Assembly (NCBI RefSeq): GCF_018350175.1
Contig: NC_058368.1
Span: 229,712,001-229,776,000, forward strand
Direction of reading: 5' to 3'
From: Felis catus
Lineage: Eukaryota
Length of the DNA stretch: 64,000 bases
Numbering within the stretch: the stretch's first letter is position 1; each line of letters opens with the position of its first letter. The notes beneath the pieces were generated by a model. The model did not search any database. It worked only from the letters and a program-made list of their open reading frames with translations, and was not told the DNA's origin. The position numbers were made by a program, and so were the translations under genes. Positions 13,382 to 25,830 of this stretch are shown piece after piece.

Positions 13382-13770
13382 TAGCCTGAAAAACTTTTTA
13401 ATAAATTAGGGAAATTAAAATTCTGACAAAATTTTATCCAGAAATAAGCTTCAAAGTACAAAGCATATTAATGACCTATTGTCACATTTTGCTGAAAGCT
13501 CTAAAAGATTTTAGCTTTAAATAGAGTGGACTGAATTAAATAAGCACAATTTGGTCGAATACTCCCATTTTAGAACAATAGCTACTGTAGATTTATCTGC
13601 TACAGTTGAAATTTAAGTTTTTTCCAAGACTTTAGTATACTGATAGTTAAACAATGCTTATAAATAAAAGTAATTTATGTGCAATGAAGAAGAATACATC
13701 AATTGAAAAGAGTGAGAATTACAAAATTTAATAGATGAATATCAGCCTGGAAGTTCTCTTTTAAAAAAAA

Positions 13771-13981
13771 ATTTTTAATGTTTTTATTTATTTTTGAGAC
13801 AGAGAGAGACAGAGCATGAGCAGGGGAGGGGCAGAGAGATAGGGAGATGCAGAATCCGAAGCAGGATCCAGGCTCTGAGCTGTCAGCACAGAGCCTGACC
13901 TGGGGTTTGAACTCAAGGAGTGTGAGATCATGACCTGAACCAAAGTTGGATGCTCAACCGACTGAGCCACCCAGGTGCCCC
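13771..13981 (-). mobile_element. CanSINE
   Basis: Full head-to-tail pattern; TSD agcctgRaagttctctt. Confidence 0.93.
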
Positions 13982-14016
13982 TAGCCTGAAAGTTCTCTTA
14001 AAAGTTGATACAAATT

Positions 14017-14243
14017 GGGTCATCTGGGTGGCTCAGTTGGTTAGGCGACCGACTGACTTTGGCTCAGGTCATGATCTCACAGTTTGTGAATTTGAGCCCC
14101 ACGTGGGGCTCTGTGATGACAGCTCGGAGCCTGGAGCCTGCTTCAGATTCTGTGTCTCCCCCTCTCTCTGCCCCCTCCCCTGTTCACACTCCGTGTCTCT
14201 CTGCCTCTCAATAAGAAATAAACGTTAAAAAAAATTGAAGAAA
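14017..14243 (+). mobile_element. CanSINE
   Basis: Full pattern; TSD aaagttgatacaaatt. Confidence 0.93.
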
Positions 14244-14475
14244 AGTTGATACAAATTAATGAACTTTGATAATAGTATTAAAATTAATTTAAAAATAATG
14301 ACATTGGAGGGTTTAATTATGTTAGGCTGAAAATTCCAGAGGAGTACACAGAATTATGAGAAGGTAGCAGTTAATGAGAAGCAAAGTCATTCAAAGAGGA
14401 CTTCAATTTTTGGTGGCTGCTGGGGACAGCAGTGCCGAGAATCACATCCAAGATGACTCTATGGGGGGGGGGGGA

Positions 14476-14652
14476 GGGCGCCTGGGTGGTGCAGTCCTTT
14501 GAGTGCCCCACTCTTCACTTAGAGATGAGTCGGGTCACGATTTCACGGTTTGTGAGTTCGAGCCCCACCTCGTGCTTGGGATTCTCTCTCTCCCTCTCTC
14601 TCTGCCCTTTCCCTACCCACCTCTCAAAATAAATAAATAAACTTGAAAAAAA
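14476..14652 (+). mobile_element. CanSINE (internally deleted)
   Basis: gggcgcctgggtgg head, (CT)n, A tail; TSD agatgactc. Confidence 0.85.
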
Positions 14653-17191
14653 CCCAGATGACTCGACATAGGGTTCTGGGTGGTATCAGAAGTCTGATGG
14701 ACACAGCAGACTGTAATCGGTGCTTAATTTTCATGTCCAGTGATACTAGAATAAAGCTGGCTCTCCCGGAAGGTGGGGCATTAGATTAGCTGGAGTTACT
14801 GACACTCCTCTCTGAATAGGACCAGCGACAACTTCCAATAGTTAGGAAAGCCAATCTTCCCTTGAAGACACTGGCAAAAAATTTCACTATACAGATCAGA
14901 TGAGATAGGAAGCAATTGGCTCAGTGAACACTTATATTCCAAGGATGAGGTGCAGCCCGTGCGGCCTGGTACAGGGGTCACTGTGCAGAATCTGTGGCCT
15001 CCCAAGCAAGAAACTTGTTCATGCCGTTGTTCTAACCTAAGGAAAGGACCCCGTGTTTCTCTTCATTTCATTAACTTTTGAACACTGTGTTCATCATCCT
15101 AAGTACGTTTTGAGACTTCATGCTTTATCTTTCAGGTCTTTGATTTTCTTTTCTTGCGTGTCCAACCTGTTCTTATGCTTTCTGTGCCTTCATTTACATT
15201 CATCAGCTTCAGGTAGGAAACAAGCCAAGGCCACTTTCACATCCCTGAGTGGCCTCTTTCCAGGTTGACATCTATGAGCTAAACAACCCCACAAATCCAT
15301 TTCACAGCAAAATCATCCTGCTCAGGATTTTTCATACTTTTTTGCCTGGAAGTGTTTTGCAAAACACTGTATTGCATGTCCTGTAAAAATAAAGGTAGAA
15401 AAGTCCTAAGGAAGCTTTCTGATCTCTACAAGTGCAGGGACTCTGTTAGGAAAGGAGATACGTATCTTCATTTCGCGTGTGTGTGCACACATGTGTGCAT
15501 AACGTGAAAGTGGAGGCACTCAAGTAACCTATATGGAGAAGCTCTTGCTTGCATATGGCTAAAAGGCCAGAGGTCAGGGTCATTCAGTGCCGGGCAAGAG
15601 GTCCTGCAACGATACCTGAAACTATCACGATATCTTAATGCGTTAACATTTATGTTATTGCTCTGAGTTCTCGAAAAAAAGTCTAACTGTGTTTCCCAGG
15701 CTTTGCTTAATAAAAAGAAAATATGTCTTTCAAACATTTCACATAACATACACAAGGTTTGGAATCTTTTTCAAAATCCTGACGTATTTTGCAAACTAAC
15801 CACTAAAAATGTTACGATAATAGGTAGTGCATTAGCATTTCTGCATCCTAACCTACACTGAATATAGTAAGTGAAGAAGACTTAGCAAATTTGATAGAGG
15901 AATATTGGCCCTGCAAAGCTGTTTTAATTGTTATGTATATCATTATAAAATTAATTTCTCTGGTTATATTTTTCATATTTTAGGTATTTTACATAGTTAT
16001 ATATAGGTATTATGGATATTCCATAACCACATGCATAATCAATAATTTTAAGATTAAATAATTTTAAGATTAAATTTTAAGATTAAATTTTTAAGCATAC
16101 CTTAGAAAGAATGAAGTAACCAACATCCATCTACCCACCAACCAGTTTAGGAATTGAGATCTGAGAAAAGGCCAGGGAAGCTTGATTGGTAAACCAGTAT
16201 GTCCCCACCTGGGACACTTCTACTCCTGGTGGTGCCTACTGACTTTCTAGGGTACCATTCAGTTTAAGGACGTCACTTTTCCTATGATCAATTTCCAGAT
16301 ATGCCTTTTTCCTAAAATTTATATCCCCCATAAGATGACTGTGATATACGAGGAGACTTGCCTTCTCTACCCCCTTTTGCAAATTTCCCATTTTGTCATC
16401 CTTACAAGAAAAGGCATAACACGCATTCAATTCTAGTATTTTGATCATTATGAAGTGTTCCCCTTCGTCTCAGTAAATTCTCTTTGTCTTGAAGTTTCTC
16501 CTTATCTGATATTAATATAGACGCTCCAGTGTTCTTTTACTTACCTTTGGCATGATAGATCTTGTTTCCTTTAATTTCAATATATTTGTGTTACTAGAAG
16601 CTAAATACTTAATTTTTTTATTATATTCTGAGAATTTCAGATACTATCTTAAGGAGGCACTGAGTTACAATATTTTTCCTCAAAAAGAATTGAGTTTTAG
16701 GTTGGCAGACAGTAAAGTATCAGAGGAATACATTGATCTGTCAGGCCTTGTTTTAGGCTTTCTTTAAAGAGAGCTATTACAGTTTTTTGTTTTGTCCCCC
16801 TCCACCCCACCCCCACCCCCCCCCCCCCGTATTTCTAGGTTCATAGCCGTCAACCTAAAGTGTGGCTAGTTTTACTTTTTGTATTAGTTTGCTAGGATCA
16901 CCACACAAAATCTCACAGACAGGGTGACTTAAAAAGCAGAAATTTATTTCCCCATAGTTCTGGAAGCTGGAAGTCCAAAATCAAGGTGTCAGAAGGGCAG
17001 GTTTCTCTGAGGTCTCACTCCTCAATTTGCCAATGGCTGTCTTCTCACTATTTCCTCACATGACCTTTTCTCTTTGTGCTCACATCCCTACTGACTCTTT
17101 CTCTTCCTGTAAGGACACAAGTCCTATCGGATTAGGGCCCCATCCCTATGGCTTCATTTAATCTTAGTTATTTCTTTAAAAGCTCTGTCCT

Positions 17192-17416
17192 GGGGCGCCT
17201 GGGTGGCGCAGTCGGTTAAGCGTCCGACTTCAGCCAGGTCACGATCTCGCGGTCCGTGAGTTCGAGCCCCGCGTCAGGCTCTGGGCTGTTGGCTCAGAGC
17301 CTGGAGCCTGTTTCCGACTCTGTGTCTCCCTCTCTCTCTGCCCCTCCCCCGTTCATGCTCTGTCTCTCTCTGTCCCAAAAATAAATAAAAAACATTGAAA
17401 AAAATTAAAAAAAAAA
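17192..17416 (+). mobile_element. Young felid CanSINE
   Basis: CpG-intact; perfect TSD taaaagctctgtcct (17177-17191 / 17417-17431). Confidence 0.95.
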
Positions 17417-17431
17417 TAAAAGCTCTGTCCT

Positions 17432-17950
17432 TAGATACTACTTCGCAATGAGAAAGAATGAAATCATGCCATTTGCAGCAATGTGGATGAAGCTGGAAGG
17501 TATTTTGCTGAGTGAAATAAGTCAGTCAGAGAAAGACAGATACCATGTTTTCACTTGTATGTGGAATTTGAGAAACTTAACAGAAGACCATGGGGGAAGT
17601 GTAGGAGGAAAAATAGTTTTTAAACAGAGAAAGAGCCAAACCACAAGAGATTCTTAAATACAGAGAACAAACTGAAGGGGCATGGGGGATGGTGGGGGAG
17701 AGGGGAAAATGGGTGATGGGCATTGAGGAGGGCACTAGTTGGGATGAGCACTGAGTGTTGTATGGAAGCGATGAATCATGGGAATCTACACCTGAAACCA
17801 AGAGCACCCTGTATATGCTGTATGTTAAGTAACTTGACAATAAATTGTATTAAAAAAATAAAAATAAATAAAATTAAAAAAAAGAAAGAAAAACTTACAC
17901 TAACATAAGTTATATCTCAATTAAAAATTTTATAAAACAAGAACAAAAAT
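17432..17950 (+). mobile_element. 5'-truncated carnivore L1 3' end
   Basis: ORF2 end MRKNEIMPFAAMWMKLEGILLSEISQSEKDRYH, 3'UTR, aataaa and A tail. Confidence 0.92.
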
Positions 17951-17962
17951 AAAGGCTCTATC

Positions 17963-17991
17963 TTTATTTTTTTTAATGTTTATTTATTTAT

Positions 17992-18026
<35 letters not shown>

Positions 18027-18151
18027 CCCAAGCAGGTTCTGCACTATCAGAGCAGAGCCCAACTCAGGGCTCTGTGTATCAGACTGTGAGATCTTGAGCA
18101 AAGCAGAGATCAAGAGTTGGATTCTTAACAGACTGAGCCACCCAGGTGCCC
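17963..18151 (-). mobile_element. CanSINE
   Basis: T tail, (GA)n, gactgagccacccaggtgccc. Confidence 0.9.
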
Positions 18152-20545
18152 TGTAAAGGCTCTTTAACTATAGTCACCCTGAGGGTTAATTTCAACATAT
18201 GAATTTGGATGCAACACAATTCAGCCTACACAGTCTTGTTAGATGGCCTTTCTGATAACTCAACTCAATCTTTGAGTTGTTCTTAAAGATTCTCCACCCT
18301 GATTGATCCTGGCCACCAAACTTTCCAGAGCATTAAGCATGTTCCAGAATTGCTCAGCTCCCTGCCTCCAAGCAGCTGTTCTCTGCCTAGTTTCTTGGCA
18401 TCTTGGTAGAGACTCAGGGGAATCTCTCTGGATTTCCCTCTCCCTGGCTCCTTCTTCTCCAGTACTTTCTCTCCTAAATCCCGACCACCCTAGTAAGAAA
18501 CAAACTTTAATCTCTTCTTTCTCTATCTAGTGTAATTGCTTCTCTTTCTTACATCCGATATAAATGCACCACATCCCAGAAAATGTTCCCAGGGAAAAAG
18601 CCTACATAAAAGTAAATACCCTTTGTATGCCTCCTCTCTCTCACGGATAGTGGCCTTACATTAGCTGCTGTCCAATGGCTGCAACTTGTTGTGTTTCATA
18701 TATTTTGTACATGGCATCATAGATTTTATAGATATTTTAAAAGCTATTTTAGTTGCATGGCATAGGTTTTGATATATATGTTGTTTACCATTTATGTGAA
18801 AATAATTCAACCCTCTTAAGTAGATTTATTTTGAAATGGTATAGATTAAGTTCCTAACAGGATGAACTTTCTATTTGCTATTTTTTTTTTTTAGTTATTG
18901 ATTTCTGTTTTAATTCCACTGTTGTCTGAGAATATACTCTGAAGTGCTCAAATCAGTTCAAACTTGCTATGGCTTGCTTTCTAACCCAGCATAGGTTGGT
19001 TTTGTCAAGTGTTACCTGTGCACTCAATATTTTGTGTATAATGGGTTACAGGGAACTTACTACTAAAATTAATTTCATTTATATTTTTAAGTTCTATAAT
19101 TCCCAGTGGATTCTTTCTGTTAGATTCTAATTCTCAGGTGAATTTCTCCATCCTCCCTAGTCTTTTTTTTCTATCTCTTCCTACATCCTTATACTCTTTT
19201 GAACATATTATTATTACTTTGAATATGTTCAATATATGCTAATTCCCATATCCGGATTCCCTGTGGGTCTATTTCTATTATATATTTGTTGGTTGGCTAT
19301 TGGTCATTTGGTCCTATCCCTGCATAACGACTTCTGTGTTGGAACCCGCACGTTAAAGCATTGAGGAAGTTTTCCTGAAAGGGTTCACTTTTTCCTGGTA
19401 GGTACCTAGACGTCCTGCTCACCTCTGATCCAATCAAGGGCTGAGCTGAATTGAGCTGAGGCCACAGTATTGACAAGTGGCCATCTCCCTCTGTTTTCCC
19501 CGGATCTCAGGGAGCAGGCTTCTAGGAATTTTCACTGAGAACCTGATGGGTCTCCTAAGGTCACTACTCAGGAAGGTCCTGAATGCAAATGCTTTTTTTC
19601 CCCTCCTCTGGACAGCAAGACTGTTAAAACTATATTATGATCTTCAAGGACTTTTTGCTTAGCTTTTTAGCCTTGTGAGGCTTCAGAAGTTGCAAAATTT
19701 TGAGGGGAACACCAGCCTTGTGTTGGGGTCAGTTCTCTGCTCCTCCCTTCCCACTGGGACCTTGCTCAAGTGTCAAAATGAAGCCCTATGAGACCAACAA
19801 AACCTCTACTCGTATCTGTGTGTCAAACAGTGGCCCCCTGCCCAGCTAGACTCAAAACTCAGCCTCTTTCACTGTATCCAAAATTGGCGAAGGTTCCAGG
19901 GAAAGAGGAGATACACAGCGTCAGTTCAAGCTCCGCATCGTCTTCCGTATGGAATCTTGGCTCCTCCAGTCCTTGCTTTAGAGAAATATTTTTGTTTTTA
20001 TTCAAGAATTCTAATTATTTTCAGCAGAAGCATTGGGCTGCCACAAGCTATTCCATTCTGTCCAGAAATAGAAGTCTGGTCTATTTTTTAATTGGGATGT
20101 TTGTAATGTCAAATGATTTGAGAAAAACAATCTTCATTCAACCTCCATGTACCATGGGAGAGATTATGTAATAACAGCCAAAATGTATAAAATGGAAACT
20201 TGGCTGTATAAAGAATGATCTAACCTTAGAATAGGAAAGTGTGGTCATGAAAAACAGAATGGGGAAGTTACAGAAATATAATTTTAACTAAGAGGATGCA
20301 TATTTGTGGATTATAATAAAAAACCAAACTGTTTTCATTCTGGGTGATGAGACTATAATTTTTTTTTCATAATTTTCATAATTTTCTAATTTATTTGTGA
20401 TTCAGAATTTGTTACTTTTACAATAAGCAAAACTAAATGCTCACCAAAATATTTACACAAATATAATGTTCAATTATTCAGAAAATTCCTTCAGAAGTCC
20501 TCGTTTCTGACATTATTGAAAAAGATGAAAATAAAAGAAATGTGA

Positions 20546-21004
20546 GGGGCACCTGGGTGGCTCAGTCGGTTGAGTGTCCGACTTCGGCTCAGGCCATGAT
20601 CTCACAGCTCGTGAATTGGAGCCCCGTGTCGGGCTCTGTGCTGACAGCTCAGAGCCTGGAGCCCGCTTTGGATTCTGTGTCTCCCTCTCTCTCTACCCCA
20701 CCCCTGCTCACACTCTGTCTCTCTCTCTCTCCAAAAATAAATAAACATTAAAAAAAATAACAATAGGGGTGCCTGGGTGGCTCAGTCGGTTAAGCGTCCG
20801 ACTTCAGCTTGGGTCATGATCTTGCGGTTTGGGTTCGAGCCCCGCGTCGGGCTCTGTGCTGACCAGTCAGAGCCTGGAGCCCGCCTCGGATCCTGTGTCT
20901 CCCTCTCTCTCTGCCCCTCCCCTGCTCATGCTCTGTCTCTCTCTGTGTGTCAAAAATAAGTAAACATTAAAAATAATTAAAAAAATAATTAATAAATAAA
21001 TAAA
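20546..21004 (+). mobile_element. Tandem head-to-tail CanSINE pair (20546-20765, 20766-21004)
   Basis: Two complete heads; the second starts in the A tail of the first; outer TSD aaatgtga. Confidence 0.93.
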
Positions 21005-21709
21005 TGTGATTTCTGGAAATACAAAATATAGCTAGTCATGTACATATCCCATGTATGTGGAAAAAATATTAGAGAATATAGGAAATATTTGACAACATTA
21101 TTATCAACAGATAAACCAAATGGGTAAATTGTATGGAACAGCCATACAAGTTAAACAGCATACTTTATAACAGGATGCTTTACAAAGCCCATAAAGGAAT
21201 ATACCATCATGAAATACAAAAATAGGACAGTCACTTGACCTGGTGTAGATGCCATGCATCTGTGAATTATTCCTCGAAACTCAGTGAAAACAATAATCAC
21301 AGCCAGTGTACAAAATGAAGATCAGTATAAACTCTCATCATTAGCCTGTAAGATATAAGTATTTGCATATGAAAGTAATTTGTTGATGCTCATTAGGAAA
21401 AGAATGAATATGAAAAGTATCCATTGGCAATGTGGTGTTGCCTCTGTGTCTCGATGACAGAACAAGGTACGTGCAATTAGATAATACGTGTGCTTCAGAG
21501 TAGCAAGAAGCTAACACAGCAGAAGGAAGAGGGTGTTTTAATGTCATCAGTAGTATTAACCATTAAGTTGTGAACTGGTCACTAAGTGCCAGGGCATGTT
21601 GCTATTTGTTTACTACGGATTGATTCACTATTTCTCACAACAGTCTGAGGGGAGTGTTTTGCTTATTTTACAGGTAAGAAGATGAGAGTTTTAAGAATTT
21701 TAATGAGTA

Positions 21710-21846
21710 GGGGGCGCCTGGATGGCTCAGTCGGTTAAGTGTCTGATTCTTGGTTTCTGCTCAGATTGTGATTTCACAGTTCATGAGTTGGAGGCCCCTG
21801 TCGAGCTCTGTGCTGACAGGGCAGAGCCTGAAAGGGATTCTCTGCC

Positions 21847-21893
<47 letters not shown>

Positions 21894-21935
21894 GCCCCTC
21901 CCACGCTCATACTGTCTCTCTCAAAAATAAATAAC
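21710..21935 (+). mobile_element. CanSINE with long (CT)n
   Basis: ggggcgcctggatggctcagtcggttaag head and A-rich tail. Confidence 0.9.
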
Positions 21936-22912
21936 TAATTTTTTTTTAATTTTAGATAATTTTAATTAGCAAATTGATTTCAGAGTGTGCACTCTCTACA
22001 ACCTTCAGAGTCAACATTAAAGTGAGTGGAAATGAGTTATTCACTTTTGGAAACAGTGTAAAAGTCAGTTAGTTACATAGGGTGGACTCAAAGCTTGGAA
22101 CTGACTTCATTTATGGCTCAAGGGAGATACAAATCTCATCTTACATCATTCCCTGATTTCTCTTCCAGTATATGTGATTTAGAGCACATTCATATACTCA
22201 TTTCAATATATTTTTTAAAATTTTCATAGAATATATACTGGGAGGGAAATAAAGTGTCACAGCTGTAGGAAGCAGAGGGGGATGATTGCAGACAACATAA
22301 GCATCAGAGATTGTGTTTGGCTGCACGTAATAGAATCCAGCTACCAAGGCTTGACCAAAAAAAGGTTAATTTTTATCCGATAAGCTCAGGGAGCAGCAGT
22401 CTCAAGCTGTTGCAACGGCTTCAGGAAACTCTTAGTATCCTGGGCTTCATCTGTCTTAGGCTGGTCTTGGCCTGTGGCTCTCATTCTCAGGAACAATTCA
22501 CAGGTCCAAGTGGCAAGGTCCACGTCCATCCTGAAGACTGCATTTCAGAGTATAGGAAGGAGGCAGGAACAGGCAGTACTGGAGAGCCTCCCTTTCACAA
22601 AAGCCAACCATTCTCTGAACACTTCATCAGCCGCTCTGGTTTGTCTGCCAGAATACACCTAGCAGCAAGAGAGGCCAGGAAGTGTTTTCTAGCTGGTCAC
22701 ATGCTGCTTTGGATCAAATTCGGGTCTTGTACAAAAGGAAGATAGGGAGGATAGACATCAGACTGGCAATCAGCGGTGATTTGGGCTTTCATCAAAATGT
22801 TTCAGCTTAATCAGAAGAATGAATTGAGAAAGTAGCACATAAATGAATCTAAAAAGCCAAATCAAAGCTCTAAAGCAAAACAACACAATAAGACGGTGAT
22901 GTGGACAAATAT

Positions 22913-23108
22913 ATTTTTTTAACGTTTATTTATTTTTGAGAGAGAGAGAGAACGAGACGGCAAGCACGAGTGGGGGACGGGCAGAGAGAGAGGGAGACGC
23001 AGAATCCCCAGGCTCTGAAACCCGAGGCAGGGCTTGAACCCACAAACCACGAAATCATGACCTGAGCTGAAGCCAGGCACTTAACTGACTGAGCTACTCA
23101 GGTGCCCC
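22913..23108 (-). mobile_element. CanSINE
   Basis: TSD gtgatgKggacaaatat. Confidence 0.9.
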
Positions 23109-23664
23109 AGTGATGGGGACAAATATTAAGAATTAAGGGAAGAAGCTCAAGCTGAGTTTGTAAGACTGAGCAAAAATCAGCGTTAATTTTTGAATTCACC
23201 CTATGCGTGCAGATTTTGAGACCTGCCTATGTGATTAATTGTTATTTTTTACAGACTACCCGACAATCAAGGATTGGTGATAGGATCCAAACTTTTGTTA
23301 ATAAACCCAGTGTTTCTTCTTGGAGCTACAGTACAAATGATCATAATATATGCCATTGATTTTTCTGAATCGAATCATTTAGGTTCTTCATTCTCAAACC
23401 TACTGAAAGCCAATGCTCCACTTTTACAAGTGTTCCAAGATGCCCACTCGGCCATCCTGAGAAGAAGAGATCTTAACTGGTTTTTAAGGGCCTATAGTAT
23501 GCCCAACAAAGATATAAAGATGAAATAAAAGAAAAGTTATTTAAAATAGAAGATTATGTTCCTCTTTGTGTAAACGCTTGGTCACAACCAGGCCAGAAGA
23601 GCTAACCTTACCCCTGTATGCAGCATCACTGTGATAGTGATAACTACACAAATTGACTGATGCA

Positions 23665-23800
23665 GGGGCGTCTGGGTTGCTCAGCCGGTTAAGTGTCTGA
23701 CTCTTGATCTCAGCTCAGGTCTTGATCTCAGGGTCGTGAGTTCAAGCCCCACATTGGGCTCCGTGCTGGGCATAAAGCCTACTTAAAAGAAAAAAAAAAA
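23665..23800 (+). mobile_element. Short CanSINE lacking the CT tract
   Basis: ggggcgtctgggttgctcag...agcctacttaaaagaaaaaaaa. Confidence 0.88.
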
Positions 23801-25607
23801 GATGGATACAGGAGTGTTCTTTTGGTGAGTTGTTGCTCTTAATTTTGTGAACCAGCCTTGGTCAATTTCTGATCAAAACAAGGTTAAATCTTTCGGTAAT
23901 TTATATCACCGTGGTTTTTCCAGGCAAAAATGCTTCTTGTCTACATGTAAAATGGAGTACTGTTAACAAGCTTACATACTTCTGAACAGGTTCTTAGCAC
24001 TTGCGGATGACGGTGGCATCCTCGAAAGCCATGAAGGATACTGGCAATTCCTCCTGTAGGATTGTCTCATATACCGCAGAATATTTAGAATGTGTGGCTT
24101 GTGACCGCTGAATGTTAATGACAATAAAAAAAATACCCTTTCACACATTTCTAAACTACCTCCTGAGGAGGCAATAATGATTCCATTAAGAATCCTTAAC
24201 CTAGATGTTTGGTCTAAGAACTGAAATTTTGTTGATGAAATTCAATACTAAATCAGTCTGCCTTAAAATTCATCTAGGAGGACTGCATAAATTTGGTAAG
24301 AATGCCCCCGTTCCATTCTCTGGGTCTTATTTTTGCCATTGTTGCTTCCTGTTCCTGTCAATAGGCCCCAAACCGGTCAATCTGGGGAGTCAATTTCTTC
24401 ATTCAGTGGAAGAAGCTCATTAAATCTATAAGCATTGCTGACACGTTAAATCATAGCACAAAGTTTATTTCTCCTTGCTGCTAATATTTGTTATGAAGAT
24501 TCTGTGCCCAGCTCTAAAATTTGATGTCTTCTTCCTGTATATGCAATCTGTCAATTCCTGTCCACTTAGACTTCTGACCCACTGTCCGATTCTGATCAAT
24601 GATGCTTGACCTTCTCTATGCCTGAGCAGCCTACATTGAATTTCGATGTTTTGGTACCAGGTTGTGACTTTTGATGATGTAGGGCTGCCACTGGACACCT
24701 CACTGGTCTCTGAGGCCTTCATTCGGTCTGACTCCGTTCAGAGTGAATGTATTCCACTCCACTGTAAATCCAAGAACCCAGGCTCTCTCCAAATACACCC
24801 TCTCTATCTCTCTCCTTCCTCTGCCTCAGCATTTAGGGCCTATCCCCTCACCATGCCACCTATGTCCTGGCATTAAAAAAACAAAACCAAAACCAAAACA
24901 GCTTCCCTCGAAGAGGCAAAAACAATGAGAAAACGTTGAAGAAAAGGATTGAATAAAGAATCATCAATGCCCTAAACCATATAGACAGTCAGAAAGAAAT
25001 AAAAACATTTGAGCGTTAAGTGCCTCCTCTGTGTGTTTCCTCTTCTTCTCTCATCCCATAACCACAGATTATAAACTCCCTGAGCATCGGGAGCTGTCAT
25101 TTTGTCTATTGTTTGCTACTGATACGACAAATTTTGCTAGTGTCTGAACCACAGTAGACAAACGTCTGATAAATGAATGAATGAATGAGCGAAAGCATCA
25201 TATGAGGGACAGCAGTAGTCAAAAGAAGTCTGTGTGAAAGTGTGAAGTTGCCCATCAAATTCTGAAATGGCCCACACATTGATCTTAACTAAAATGGTTA
25301 ATTCAAAACAGTTATAACTACTCTGAAAGTCTTTGAAAACAGAACAATGTTGTCCAGTAACAAATGCGTATCTTTTATGGTCAACAGCAAGCAGTGTTTA
25401 CTATTCTCCTGAATGTGTGTATATAATATATATAATGATATGACTTCTACATTTAAATTGTAAATTGTAAATTTTAAAAGAGTGTCATTATTTCCCCCAT
25501 TTAAATGCTGAGCAGCAACAACAATCACTCACATAGTTGAATTTTACAACGTGAGAAATTTCCACTTGTTTATCAATGGGTAAATCATTTAAAAAAATAC
25601 AAGAATA

Positions 25608-25830
25608 GGGGCGCCTGGGTGGCTCAGTCGGTTGGGCGTCAGACTTCAGCTCAGGTCACGATCTCACAGTTCGTGAGTTCGAGCCCCGCGTCGGGCTCTG
25701 TGCTGACAGCTCAGAGCCTGGAGCCTGCTTCACATTCTGTATCTCCCTCTCTCTCTGCCCCTTCCCTGCTCATGCTGTGTCTCTCTCTGTCTCAAAAATA
25801 AATAAACATTAAAAAAAATAAAAAAAAATA
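25608..25830 (+). mobile_element. CanSINE
   Basis: TSD aaaaaatacaagaata. Confidence 0.95.

Larger units (their letters stand above)
16880..18232 (-). mobile_element. MLT1 LTR carrying nested SINE + L1 + SINE insertions
   Basis: MLT1 text at 16880-17191 resumes at ~18154 (tagtcaccctgagggttaatttcaacatatgaatttgg...cacaattcagcc). Confidence 0.85.

Noticed and set aside
12319..14228. Recurrent short ORFs (MAQSVK..., ...LSLSQK) and tRNA-like A/B boxes
   Set aside because: CanSINE-derived; neither proteins nor true tRNA genes.
15484..15499. 16-bp palindrome tgcacacatgtgtgca (and an 11-bp inverted repeat at 19199-19232)
   Set aside because: Low-complexity CA/TG or AT-rich context makes chance likely.
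21655..21680. Ideal acceptor-donor motif ttttacag|gtaaga
   Set aside because: Lies upstream of the CTNND2 promoter in a MIR-like remnant, with no known transcript context.
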